This document shows positions 7,188-14,738 of a DNA stretch of 24,000 bases, piece after piece. Position 1 is the first letter of the stretch. The number at the start of each line of letters is the position of its first letter. Below the pieces are notes generated by a model. It saw only the letters and a program-made list of their open reading frames with translations. It had not been told where the DNA came from and did not search any database. Where the stretch lies: assembly GCA_029288275.1 (NCBI GenBank), contig JARIHM010000085.1, forward strand, positions 15,379 to 39,378, given 5' to 3'. The translations under genes and the position numbers were made by a program. This DNA comes from Candidatus Saccharimonadota bacterium. Lineage in GTDB: Bacteria > Patescibacteriota > Saccharimonadia > UBA4664.

Positions 7188-8855
7188 ATGGCAAAGAAGA
7201 TTTTTTACGATGACGATGCCCGCGCCCGCGTACTGGCTGGCGCCGAGGAGCTGTATAAAGCCGTTCGTGTAACCATGGGTCCCAAGGGCCGTAATGTGGT
7301 TATTAGCAAGAGCTACGGCGGCCCAAGCGTAACGCACGACGGCGTGACCGTGGCCAAAGCGGTGGAAATTGAGAATCGCAATGACGAGACGCTGGGCCGC
7401 AGCGTGGGTGCTGAACTCATTAAGCAGGCTGCCAGCAAGACAGCCGACAACGTAGGTGATGGTACCACTACCAGCACCGTGCTGACTTACCACATTTTGA
7501 ATGAGGCTAACAAGCTGATCGCGGCCGGCCACAATCCGATGGACCTGAAGAAGGGCCTGGACCAGGCCGCCGAGGCAGTGCTCGGTAACGTGGCGGGCAT
7601 GACCGAGCAGATTGCTGGCAACAAGGCTAAGACCGCCGAGGTAGCTACTGTGTCGGCTGGTGATGCCGAGATTGGTGCGCTGATTGCCGACGTGATCGAG
7701 GCCGTAGGTAATGACGGTACGGTGACGGTCGAGCAATCGCAGACGCTAGGCCTGGAGAAGGAGATCGTAGAAGGTTTCAAGATCGACCGGGGTTACGTCA
7801 GCGCCTATATGGCAACCGACATGGCGCGTATGGAGGCAGTCTACGAAAAGCCGCTCATTTTGGTGACCGATAAGAAGATCTCCAGCATCCAGGAGATCCT
7901 GCCGTTGCTCGAAAAGATGGCCCAGACCGGTAAGAAAGAGCTGGTGATTGTGGCCGAGGATGTGGATGGCGAGGCGCTAGCTACGCTCATTCTGAACCGG
8001 CTTAAGGGCGTGTTTAACACGCTGGCTATCAAGGCGCCGGCCTTTGGTGACCGTCGTAAGGCTGTGTTGGAAGACATTGCTACCCTTACCGGCGCAGTAG
8101 TGATTAGCGAGGAGCAGGGCTATACCTTCGAGAACGCCACGCTCGATATGCTCGGTTCGGCGCGCAAGGTGATCGCTACCAAGGACGATACCACCATCAT
8201 TGAAGGTACGGGCGATGCCAAAGCCGTGACTGCACGCATGGAGCAGATCCGTGGCCAAGTAGAGCACGCTTCGAGTGAGTACGACAAAGAGAATCTAGAG
8301 AAGCGCCTCAGCGCCCTGGCTGGCAAAGTGGCGGTCATTAAGGTAGGCGGCGCCACCGAGGTCCAGATTAACGAGACCAAAGATCGCGTCGATGACGCCG
8401 TGGCAGCCACCAAAGCAGCCGTGGCCGAAGGCATCGTGCCTGGCGGCGGTGTAACGCTGGTGGACCTGAGCAAGAAGCTTGAAGTTGAAGCTACCAAGGT
8501 GAGCTCCAGCGTGGAAGCCGGCCATCTGATTCTGAAGCAGGCGCTGATACAGCCGTTCCGCGAGCTCATGCGTAACGCCGGCCTTAACCCAGACGCGCAG
8601 CTGCCGCAGGTGATGAATCAGAACAAGCCGGGTATGGGCTTTGACGTCAACGACGGCAGCAAGCTGGTAGACCTGAAAGCAGCCGGAATTGTTGATCCCG
8701 CCAAGGTAACCCGTGAGGCCATCCAGAACGCCGTCAGTATTGCCGGTACGGCCATGACCATGGGTAGCCTGATCGTGGATCTGCCCGAGGAGAAGGGTGC
8801 TCCGGCTGGTGGTGGTATGCCCGGTGGTATGGGCATGGGCGGCATGGACTACTAG
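7188..8855 (+). CDS. groEL: chaperonin GroEL
   Basis: MAKKIFYDDDAR..., VGDGTTTSTVL, and a GGM-repeat C-terminus GGMPGGMGMGGMDY. The ATG at 7188 is preferred over the TTG at 7182 used in the track. Confidence 0.97.
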   Translation: MAKKIFYDDDARARVLAGAEELYKAVRVTMGPKGRNVVISKSYGGPSVTHDGVTVAKAVEIENRNDETLGRSVGAELIKQAASKTADNVGDGTTTSTVLTYHILNEANKLIAAGHNPMDLKKGLDQAAEAVLGNVAGMTEQIAGNKAKTAEVATVSAGDAEIGALIADVIEAVGNDGTVTVEQSQTLGLEKEIVEGFKIDRGYVSAYMATDMARMEAVYEKPLILVTDKKISSIQEILPLLEKMAQTGKKELVIVAEDVDGEALATLILNRLKGVFNTLAIKAPAFGDRRKAVLEDIATLTGAVVISEEQGYTFENATLDMLGSARKVIATKDDTTIIEGTGDAKAVTARMEQIRGQVEHASSEYDKENLEKRLSALAGKVAVIKVGGATEVQINETKDRVDDAVAATKAAVAEGIVPGGGVTLVDLSKKLEVEATKVSSSVEAGHLILKQALIQPFRELMRNAGLNPDAQLPQVMNQNKPGMGFDVNDGSKLVDLKAAGIVDPAKVTREAIQNAVSIAGTAMTMGSLIVDLPEEKGAPAGGGMPGGMGMGGMDY

Positions 8856-8885
8856 TCTACGCACCAAAAGAGATGTTCTAGAAAA

Positions 8886-8906
8886 GCGGCCTACGGGCCG
8901 TTTTTC
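8886..8906 (+). terminator. rho-independent terminator after groEL
   Basis: aaaaGCGGCCtacGGGCCGttttt: a short GC stem followed by a T-run. Confidence 0.7.
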
Positions 8907-8996
8907 TATTTGGGGCGGGGTTTAAGTTTTGATGAAAATACGCAATTATAAATGAGGCTCAAAGCCAATTCCTGGACATACCAAGAAGAGGTAGGC

Positions 8997-9191
8997 ATGG
9001 CTTACTCGTATGAGCAAGTGAAGAAGGCAGCGGAAGACAAGGGTCTTTTACCCGGCTGCAAAGCCAGGTTTATCGGTGCAATGCTGGGACGCCACCCCGA
9101 CCAGCCAAACCTCATAATTTCTGACGCGAAAGAGCATGTAAAAAAGTGCCCTCAGTGCCGGGCGGCTAAGCGGGTGCTTTCTCCCTGCTAG
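8997..9191 (+). CDS. small hypothetical protein (64 aa) with a CPQC motif
   Basis: Internal ATG of the 8952..9191 ORF, preceded by GAAGAGG. Product MAYSYEQVKKAAEDKGLLPGCKARF...KKCPQCRAAKRVLSPC. Confidence 0.5.
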   Translation: MAYSYEQVKKAAEDKGLLPGCKARFIGAMLGRHPDQPNLIISDAKEHVKKCPQCRAAKRVLSPC

Positions 9192-9264
9192 TGACCTCGA
9201 TGCCTAGGCATAGCGGACCGGCCAGAATCAGATCAAGCGGTTTGCCAAGGACAGGTGAATGTGA

Positions 9265-9303
9265 GGCGCGCAGCTTTATGAGCTGCGCGCCTTCTTCTTT
9301 TCT
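9265..9303 (+). terminator. rho-independent terminator
   Basis: 10-bp stem ggcgcgcagc / gctgcgcgcc with loop tttatga, followed by ttcttcttttct. Confidence 0.8.
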
Positions 9304-9321
9304 GTTAAGCTAAAAACAGCT

Positions 9322-10125
9322 ATGCTTACCGAAGAACGCCTTATTCGGGCTGATTTTGCCCGGCGCGCCAATGAGATTATCCGTTCGATTGATGAGGGTC
9401 GAGCTCAGTTTGGTCTGAGCGAGGCCTTAACGCAGACGTGGGAACAGTTTGTACTAGCCGAGCCGGATGTAGAGCTACGACGGTTTAGTGAGGTGATTGC
9501 TGATGCCCGGCGCCAAGCTACTACCCAGCGGCAGCTGGATGACGACCGGGAGCAGCTGCATCATGGTCATTTAAATCATGAGCAGTTAGTTGAGCGGGGC
9601 CATCATTACGAATTGTTGCGCTATCAAGCCTGTGTGTACAATCATCTGCTGCGGGGTACGATTGAGCTACATGCCGAACAGTTTAGCCGGGCGCAATTAT
9701 TGGCTTGGCTGACGAGCGCGAGCCAGGGCGTGCATGCCTGGGCGCTCGGCGAGATTACTGGTGCTACGTCGGAGATTGCTCTGCACGCGGCGCTTACGGG
9801 CATGCCGGAGCTGGAGGGTTTGCGCTACGGCACGGTCGAAGAGGACCTGCAGGGGTATGATTTTGTGGCCTACTGGCAGGGAGCACTTGTCACCATCGAT
9901 GCCAAGACCGGCTTGTATCATCCGCTGACGGAGCGCAAGCATGGCCATCGTCACTTGGAGATCTCTGTGCCGCGGGAGTCTATTGCAGAATTTCATTTAA
10001 CGCGCCGGGGCCTGGACATCCTGCGCCATGAGGTCCGGCAGGCGCTTCATGCTGCGCCGGGAACTGGCGTGCATGCATCGCATAGTCATTATCGTTTTCA
10101 CCCTGGACGCACTGTTAAGTATTGA
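9322..10125 (+). CDS. hypothetical protein; the C-terminal half has a PD-(D/E)xK nuclease-like motif pattern
   Basis: 267-aa ORF with backbone-like codon usage. Helix GATSEIALHAAL (E151), then GYDFVAY (D180) and VTIDAKTG (D193-x-K195). No obvious SD. It starts 19 nt after a terminator. Confidence 0.6.
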   Translation: MLTEERLIRADFARRANEIIRSIDEGRAQFGLSEALTQTWEQFVLAEPDVELRRFSEVIADARRQATTQRQLDDDREQLHHGHLNHEQLVERGHHYELLRYQACVYNHLLRGTIELHAEQFSRAQLLAWLTSASQGVHAWALGEITGATSEIALHAALTGMPELEGLRYGTVEEDLQGYDFVAYWQGALVTIDAKTGLYHPLTERKHGHRHLEISVPRESIAEFHLTRRGLDILRHEVRQALHAAPGTGVHASHSHYRFHPGRTVKY

Positions 10126-10150
10126 CAATTTAATATAGTTATGCTATTAT
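10122..10150 (+). promoter_or_regulatory. near-consensus sigma70-like promoter
   Basis: TTGACA (10122-10127), 17-nt spacer, TATTAT (10145-10150), in an AT-rich gap. The -35 box contains the TGA stop of the upstream gene. Confidence 0.65.
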
Positions 10151-10243
10151 GATTAACACTCAGACCAAGCACATGGCTTAGGTCTCGAGATGCACCGATC
10201 AGATTCTGGCTCTGGCCCAACGCACGCCTGAGGAGGCTGCATC

Positions 10244-10942
10244 ATGAGCACCAACGTCTCGACCACCCCCGTCAACCCGACCACCCCCGTTCCGACGGCG
10301 CCGGCGTCGAGGTCGGTGCCGCAGCCGCCGAAGCCGGCGAAGACCTCCGCGCCGAGCGTGCCCTTCGCGGTCCGCCCGGCCATCCCGGTCAACCAGGCCG
10401 CGATGCGCGTCTACATCGCCGTCGTGCGCAACCTCACCGACGAGGTCGTGGACGGGCTGGCCCGGAACTACGTGTCCCGCCGGCTCAACCACGGCTCGGA
10501 GGCCCTGTCCGAGCAGGAGTTCAACCTGCTCCGCAGCCAGGCCATCCAGGACCGGCGCAAGGGCCTGGTGCTGTTCCTCTACTGGAGGAACACCTACGCC
10601 AACGACCGCGAGCGCGCGGCGCTGGCCCTGGCCGCCAAGCAGCGCCTGGAGGTGCCGAAGCAGAAGGACGAGGTCATTCGCCACGGCAGCCGCCTGGTGG
10701 GCAACTCGGCGTCCTCGCCGAAGCCCGCGGTGCGGCCGACCGAGGCCGGCCGGCCCAAGGCCAAGACCGTGAACAACGGCTGGACCAACCCCAAGGGTGG
10801 GGAGGTCACCAGCGGTTTCGTGACCTTGGCCGAGGTGTTGCCCAAGCGGGCCCCCAAGACCTCGGCCAAGACCGAGAACAACGGTGGCAACAGCCGCGGC
10901 AACAACCGTCGCAACCGCGGCGGCAACACCCAGGCCGCCTGA
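10244..10942 (+). CDS. orphan protein (232 aa): Pro/Thr-rich N-terminus, structured core, basic RGG/RNN-type tail
   Basis: GAGGAGG, 7-nt spacer, ATG. By my reading only about six codons end in A or T. The C-terminus reads ...KTENNGGNSRGNNRRNRGGNTQAA. The 262-aa minus-strand ORF is an antisense shadow. Confidence 0.8.
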   Translation: MSTNVSTTPVNPTTPVPTAPASRSVPQPPKPAKTSAPSVPFAVRPAIPVNQAAMRVYIAVVRNLTDEVVDGLARNYVSRRLNHGSEALSEQEFNLLRSQAIQDRRKGLVLFLYWRNTYANDRERAALALAAKQRLEVPKQKDEVIRHGSRLVGNSASSPKPAVRPTEAGRPKAKTVNNGWTNPKGGEVTSGFVTLAEVLPKRAPKTSAKTENNGGNSRGNNRRNRGGNTQAA

Positions 10943-10951
10943 TCGGCCCGT

Positions 10952-11008
10952 GGGGGCGGAAAACTTTTCCGCCCCCACAACCCACAATCTTAGCGATTGT
11001 GGGTTTTT
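10952..11008 (+). terminator. tandem hairpins; the second is a classic rho-independent terminator
   Basis: First hairpin: gggggcgg / ccgccccc. Second hairpin: cccacaatc / gattgtggg with loop ttagc, followed by TTTTT. Confidence 0.8.
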
Positions 11009-11023
11009 CGTTTGTTTTTACAA

Positions 11024-11052
11024 TTGACAGACCATAACTATTGCATTAATTT
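11024..11052 (+). promoter_or_regulatory. candidate sigma70-like promoter
   Basis: TTGACA (11024-11029), 17-nt spacer, TAATTT (11047-11052). If used, it implies a 5' leader of about 150 nt before the ATG at 11209. Confidence 0.4.
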
Positions 11053-11208
11053 TGGCATAAGTACTAAATGTACCGGTACCTCATAGTTACAGCGCAAAGT
11101 TCGTGGAAAGAAAAGGGCAAGCCAGACTGGGCGTCGACTCTATTCCTAGCGTAATGCCAGGGACGAGTGCGCTCATTTTTTGTCTCTTCGGGGTCAAGGA
11201 GGCAGATC

Positions 11209-11526
11209 ATGTCGACCATTCAGGCACCAAGTGCTCTGCTGGAGCTACACCACAAGTATCGCGAGAACGCTACCTCGGCCGAGGTAGCTGCTGGCACACT
11301 TCCCGACGCTAGCTACTGCCTGATCTACGAAGTGGCGGCCGACCTGCGATGGCTGCAGGCGCACACTCACGGTGCCGTCAACACGGACGACTTCCGGTTG
11401 CGGTGCGAGGCGGCCCACGCCGAGAGCGGTAGCCCGCTGCTCAAGCGGAGCGTGGTGGCGCATGAACTGGCCGAGCTGGCCATGGACTACTGCGAAGAGC
11501 GTTACATCTTGGCTGCTTCGGCTTAG
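11209..11526 (+). CDS. orphan protein (105 aa), paralogous to the C-terminal half of the next gene
   Basis: AAGGAGG, 6-nt spacer, ATG. Mostly G/C-ending codons. My hand alignment to the 11590 product is described in the findings. Confidence 0.65.
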   Translation: MSTIQAPSALLELHHKYRENATSAEVAAGTLPDASYCLIYEVAADLRWLQAHTHGAVNTDDFRLRCEAAHAESGSPLLKRSVVAHELAELAMDYCEERYILAASA

Positions 11527-11539
11527 GTGTTCGGACGAT

Positions 11540-11567
11540 GCCGGCAGGTTCTCTGCCGGCCTTTTCC
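11540..11567 (+). terminator. intergenic hairpin, a possible partial terminator or attenuator
   Basis: gccggcag / ctgccggc with loop gttct, followed by CTTTTCC. A second small palindrome ccttttcctcgaggaaaagg follows. Confidence 0.45.
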
Positions 11568-11589
11568 TCGAGGAAAAGGCGGGTGCATC

Positions 11590-12183
11590 ATGTCGATGGG
11601 CTTTTACGATGAGCTGCGCAAGCTCATCCGCTGGGTGGAGCAGCAGGAGGTGGTCACGAATCGGGCGTTGCTCCAGCAGCTTGAGGAGATGAAGCGCACG
11701 CTCAAGGTGACTAACTTCGACACGGAGCTGGCGCACGAATACCTGGACGTGCTGGTGCGCGAGATCGACGTTCCGGAGCTGCGACCGGTGGTGGTGTCTG
11801 AACTTCTGGAGCTCCTCCGGATTGTCCTCAATGAGCAAGCGCGGCTATTTGCTCAAACCGGGCCAGTCTCGGAGCGACTATCGCCGCCAGCTTGCTTGGT
11901 GGTATTGTTGCAGAAATATCGCCATCCGGCCAACCTGATTGAGCGGCGTCGTGACCTATTGCCAACGCCCAATCACTGCTTGCTCGAGAACGTGATCGAT
12001 GAGCTAGAACGGGTTGAGCAGCGGGGCGGAATCGATACCCGGTTACTGCGCCATGAGTACGCGGAGCTATTCGATTCAGTCGAATACCTCGAACGCGCAG
12101 TTGTCTGTGACGCGCTGATGGACCTCATTGCCGCGTGGATGGAGGAGCAGCAGTATGGCCTGGGCGATACCTCTGCTGCCTAA
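11590..12183 (+). CDS. orphan acidic helical protein (197 aa) with an internally repeated domain
   Basis: The ATG at 11590 is preferred over the GTG at 11527, which lies inside the hairpin region. G/C-rich codons. Product MSMGFYDELRKLIRWVEQQ... Confidence 0.7.
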   Translation: MSMGFYDELRKLIRWVEQQEVVTNRALLQQLEEMKRTLKVTNFDTELAHEYLDVLVREIDVPELRPVVVSELLELLRIVLNEQARLFAQTGPVSERLSPPACLVVLLQKYRHPANLIERRRDLLPTPNHCLLENVIDELERVEQRGGIDTRLLRHEYAELFDSVEYLERAVVCDALMDLIAAWMEEQQYGLGDTSAA

Positions 12184-12186
12184 GAT

Positions 12187-12213
12187 AAGACCCCCGGTCG
12201 TTTCGGGGGTCTT
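12187..12213 (+). terminator. hairpin terminator with a weak U-tract
   Basis: 10-bp stem aagacccccg / cgggggtctt with loop gtcgttt, followed by ctcatg. Confidence 0.5.
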
Positions 12214-12217
12214 CTCA

Positions 12218-12226
12218 TGTCATAAT
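12218..12226 (+). promoter_or_regulatory. extended -10 element upstream of pgi
   Basis: TGTCATAAT (TGn plus CATAAT) lies about 20 nt before the ATG, followed by SD GAAGGAGAG. Confidence 0.35.
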
Positions 12227-12246
12227 GGAGAAGAAGGAGAGCGCTT

Positions 12247-13308
12247 ATGCTGGATCAAGCTGATTACATTGCCCGTTATGATAAACATGATGCTCTGGGA
12301 GTGATTGCGGGACAGCCGCAGCAGCTGATGCAAGCCTATGAGTTCTCGCTCGATGGCCTGGGCGAGCTGAGTGAGGTGCGGCAGATCGTGCTGGCGGGCA
12401 TGGGGGGCTCGGCGCTGGCCGGCGAGTTTGTAAAGAGCTGGCTAGCCGACCGGTTGCCGGTGCCGCTGGTGATCGTGCGCGACTACACGCTGCCGGCCTT
12501 TGTGGGGCCGCAAACGTTGGTTGTCGCTTCGAGCTACTCCGGCAATACCGAAGAGACGCTGTCGGCGCTGGCTGAGGCGGAGGGGCTGGGCGCGCGCATC
12601 GTGGTAATGAGCTCGGGCGGCAAATTGCTCGACGCTGCGCGCGCCAAGGGCCACGCCCATGTGGCCACCGTGCCGAGCGGCCACATGCATCTCGACTTGC
12701 CTGGTGGCTTGCAGCCGCGCCTGGCCGTGCTGTACGGCGTGAAGGCCCTGGCTACGCTGCTGGAGCAGGCTGGCCTGGTGGGGGGCCTGCGCGATGAGCT
12801 CATGGGCGCGGCCGACTGGGTTGCCCAGGAGCTGTCCGCCTGGCAGGCCAACGTACCCACCGAGCGCAATCAGGCCAAGCAGATTGCCACGCAGCTGGTG
12901 GGTCATCCGGCCGTGGTGTACGGCGGCCCTACCCTGGCACTGGCGGCCATGAAGTGGAAGATCGACGCCAACGAGAATGCCAAGAATTTGGCTTTTTATA
13001 ACTATTTTCCGGAATTTAATCACAATGAATTCTTGGGCTGGGATCATCCCGCGCAGAGCGGTCTAGCTGTCATTGAGCTGCGCTCCGAGCTTGATCATCC
13101 GCAAATTCAAAAGCGGTTTGACATCACTAATAAGCTTCGGGCCAGCCATTTTGTGCCTATTCAAGTTCAGGCTAAGGGTGCTACCCGCTTACACCAGATG
13201 CTTTGGACGATTATTCTGGGTGACTTCACTATGGCCTATCTGGCTTTCTTGAACGGCATTGATCCTACGCCGGTAGATTTAATTGAAGAGCTGAAGCGGG
13301 AGCTGTAA
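12247..13308 (+). CDS. pgi: SIS-domain glucose-6-phosphate isomerase, bifunctional PGI/PMI type
   Basis: SIS motifs GMGGSALAG and SSYSGNTEETL. The 353-aa length and the C-terminal FPEFNHNEFLGW region fit the archaeal/bacterial bifunctional PGI/PMI family as I recall it. Confidence 0.8.
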   Translation: MLDQADYIARYDKHDALGVIAGQPQQLMQAYEFSLDGLGELSEVRQIVLAGMGGSALAGEFVKSWLADRLPVPLVIVRDYTLPAFVGPQTLVVASSYSGNTEETLSALAEAEGLGARIVVMSSGGKLLDAARAKGHAHVATVPSGHMHLDLPGGLQPRLAVLYGVKALATLLEQAGLVGGLRDELMGAADWVAQELSAWQANVPTERNQAKQIATQLVGHPAVVYGGPTLALAAMKWKIDANENAKNLAFYNYFPEFNHNEFLGWDHPAQSGLAVIELRSELDHPQIQKRFDITNKLRASHFVPIQVQAKGATRLHQMLWTIILGDFTMAYLAFLNGIDPTPVDLIEELKREL

Positions 13309-13318
13309 GCAAAAAAGA

Positions 13319-13372
13319 ACCGTCAGGGACGGAATCTCAGCTAAAATGCCGAGATTCCGCCGCACTGACGGT
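13319..13372 (-). terminator. extended hairpin terminator for the minus-strand SPFH operon
   Basis: Outer stem accgtcag / ctgacggt and inner stem cggaatctc / gagattccg. On the minus strand it is followed by TTCTTTTTT. Confidence 0.75.
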
Positions 13373-13390
13373 ATCTGATCAGGTGATCGG

Positions 13391-13717
13391 TTAGGAGGTG
13401 ATGGTGCCGCCGCCGTTCAGGTGGAAGGCTCGCTCTTCGGCTACTTGCTTAGCCGTAAGCAGGCGATTCTCCCAGTCTGGGTCGTTATCCGGAAAACAAT
13501 CAACTTTGTGCTCCTCGAGCACTTCGTTGCTCCCGGGTGCCACCAGACTCACGGTGACCAAGGTCTGGCCATTGCGCGAGCTGTGACGGAATTGCCAGCT
13601 GGCCTTCCGCCGTTGCTGCTCGCGCTCTCGCCGCGGCCACTTCACCAGGGTGTAGTAGAAGCCCCAGATGACCAGGGCGCCGAAGCCACCGGCCCCAAGG
13701 ACGACCAGATCTTTCAC
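13391..13717 (-). CDS. small membrane protein (108 aa), translationally coupled to the SPFH gene
   Basis: The GTG start overlaps the upstream TAG by 1 nt (TAGTG). N-terminal TM helix VVLGAGGFGALVIWGFYYTLV followed by a basic stretch. High G+C. Confidence 0.65.
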   Translation of the reverse strand: MKDLVVLGAGGFGALVIWGFYYTLVKWPRREREQQRRKASWQFRHSSRNGQTLVTVSLVAPGSNEVLEEHKVDCFPDNDPDWENRLLTAKQVAEERAFHLNGGGTITS

Positions 13718-14694
13718 TACTTGGCCCCGGTCAACGGCACCGCAGTGTTGGCGCCAGGCGCGTACACCGTGACACCCTTCGGCAGGGCGGCGATGATGTC
13801 GATCTGCCCGCAGACCGGACAGGCGTTGTAGCCTTCCTGCTTCGTCTCATTGGCCTTGGCTTCAGCCTGAGCCTGCGCCACCTTGGCCTGGCTCTCGCTG
13901 ACCTTGGCATAGGCAGCCTGGGCGTCCTCCACGGCCTTCTGGACCGAGTCGGGCAAGCTGACCTTGCTCAGATTGAAGTGGATGTTGGAGAGGAACTCCC
14001 CGCCCAACGTACCCTTCAGATCCTGAGCGAACGAGGTGTTGACCGCGTCCTGGACCTTGGCGATGTTGCCGTTGTTGGCCTGGCCGTTGGTGCCGGCCTG
14101 GGGCTGAGTACTCTGACCTTGGTTCTGCACCAAGGCGCAGCTCGACACCAACTCCGCACAGCGGAAGTTGTTGACCTGCTCACGCAGATCGTTGTCGATG
14201 ACGGGGCGAATGATCTGGTCGAGGAAGCTCGACCAGCCCTCGTCGCCGTCCCAGGCGTAGCGCAGCTGGCCATCGGCACCGCGGAACTGCCGGGTGCCGA
14301 ACTTGTCGTCGAAAGTGTGCAGGGTGTTCTCGTCGGTGTTGAGGGTGAAGTAGAAAGTCCCCTCGATCCCCATTGACACACCGTCGCTCGATGGCACGGT
14401 GACAACGTCGATCCCGGTCTTGTCACCTTCGTTGGCCTTGGCCGTGATGGTGTAGAAGCGCTGCTGTGCCGGGTAGCGGTGAATGCTGGACCAGAAGCCA
14501 GTCCAGGTTACGCCGCTACCGGCCGGAATCTTCTGGCGGTAGCTGTTGTCATCGAACCACCCACCGTTTCGAACCACCGCAACCTCGCCGGCGCTCGTCT
14601 TGGTGAGGCTGTCGAACGCTCCGTAGAGAGTCGGCAGGCCGAAGATGACCAGCACAACCAGTACCAAGAGGGCCCAGGGCCGTCGATTTCGCAT
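13717..14694 (-). CDS. SPFH/band-7 (stomatin/prohibitin-like) membrane protein
   Basis: N-terminal TM WALLVLVVLVIFGLP. SPFH-like core (GEVAVVRNGG..., VVTVPSSDGVSMGIEGTFYFTL, IIRPVIDNDLREQV). Ala/Gln/Glu-rich coiled C-terminus AQAAYAKVSESQAKVAQAQAEAKA. ATG at 14694 follows GGAAGGA. Confidence 0.7.
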   Translation of the reverse strand: MRNRRPWALLVLVVLVIFGLPTLYGAFDSLTKTSAGEVAVVRNGGWFDDNSYRQKIPAGSGVTWTGFWSSIHRYPAQQRFYTITAKANEGDKTGIDVVTVPSSDGVSMGIEGTFYFTLNTDENTLHTFDDKFGTRQFRGADGQLRYAWDGDEGWSSFLDQIIRPVIDNDLREQVNNFRCAELVSSCALVQNQGQSTQPQAGTNGQANNGNIAKVQDAVNTSFAQDLKGTLGGEFLSNIHFNLSKVSLPDSVQKAVEDAQAAYAKVSESQAKVAQAQAEAKANETKQEGYNACPVCGQIDIIAALPKGVTVYAPGANTAVPLTGAK

Positions 14695-14738
14695 GAGTAT
14701 TCCTTCCAAGAGGAGGTGCTGCGGTAAAGCCGTTTTGT

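Noticed and set aside
4904-8867. Long antisense ORFs inside pmm (4904..5647, 5353..5679) and groEL (6933..7736, 7487..7780, 8120..8569, 8295..8867).
   Set aside because: They lie opposite unmistakable conserved genes, have low-complexity shadow-like sequences and show no independent start signals.
10199-10987. 262-aa minus-strand ORF (and 10594..10980) opposite the 10244..10942 gene.
   Set aside because: It is a Gly/Arg/Ala/Val-rich shadow ORF of a gene with about 97% GC3. It has no SD, runs through the terminator hairpins, and the + strand carries the promoter, SD and terminator.
10134-11041. The 8-mers atagttat (10134-10141) and ataactat (11034-11041) are inverted copies flanking the 10244 cassette, each inside a TTGACA promoter spacer. 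They could be terminal inverted repeats.
   Set aside because: They are too short, and the surrounding promoter sequences do not otherwise align. This is probably coincidence in AT-rich spacers.
11080-11140. CGCAAAG and GGGCAAGCC strings in the 11209 leader, resembling c-di-GMP-I (GEMM) riboswitch motifs.
   Set aside because: The motifs are in the wrong order and I could not build the flanking P1/P2 helices. This is treated as chance pending a cmscan.
11245-11838. 197-aa minus-strand ORF spanning both paralog genes and their intergenic hairpin.
   Set aside because: It crosses the intergenic terminator-like structure, has His/Arg/Leu-rich shadow composition and lacks an SD. The + strand products show internal paralogy, which supports them as the real genes.
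12442-14426. Antisense or alternative-frame ORFs inside pgi (12442..13047, 12534..12869) and inside the SPFH operon (13421..13831, 13978..14376, 14016..14426).
   Set aside because: The same reasoning applies: the opposite-strand or other-frame genes carry recognisable domains and signals.
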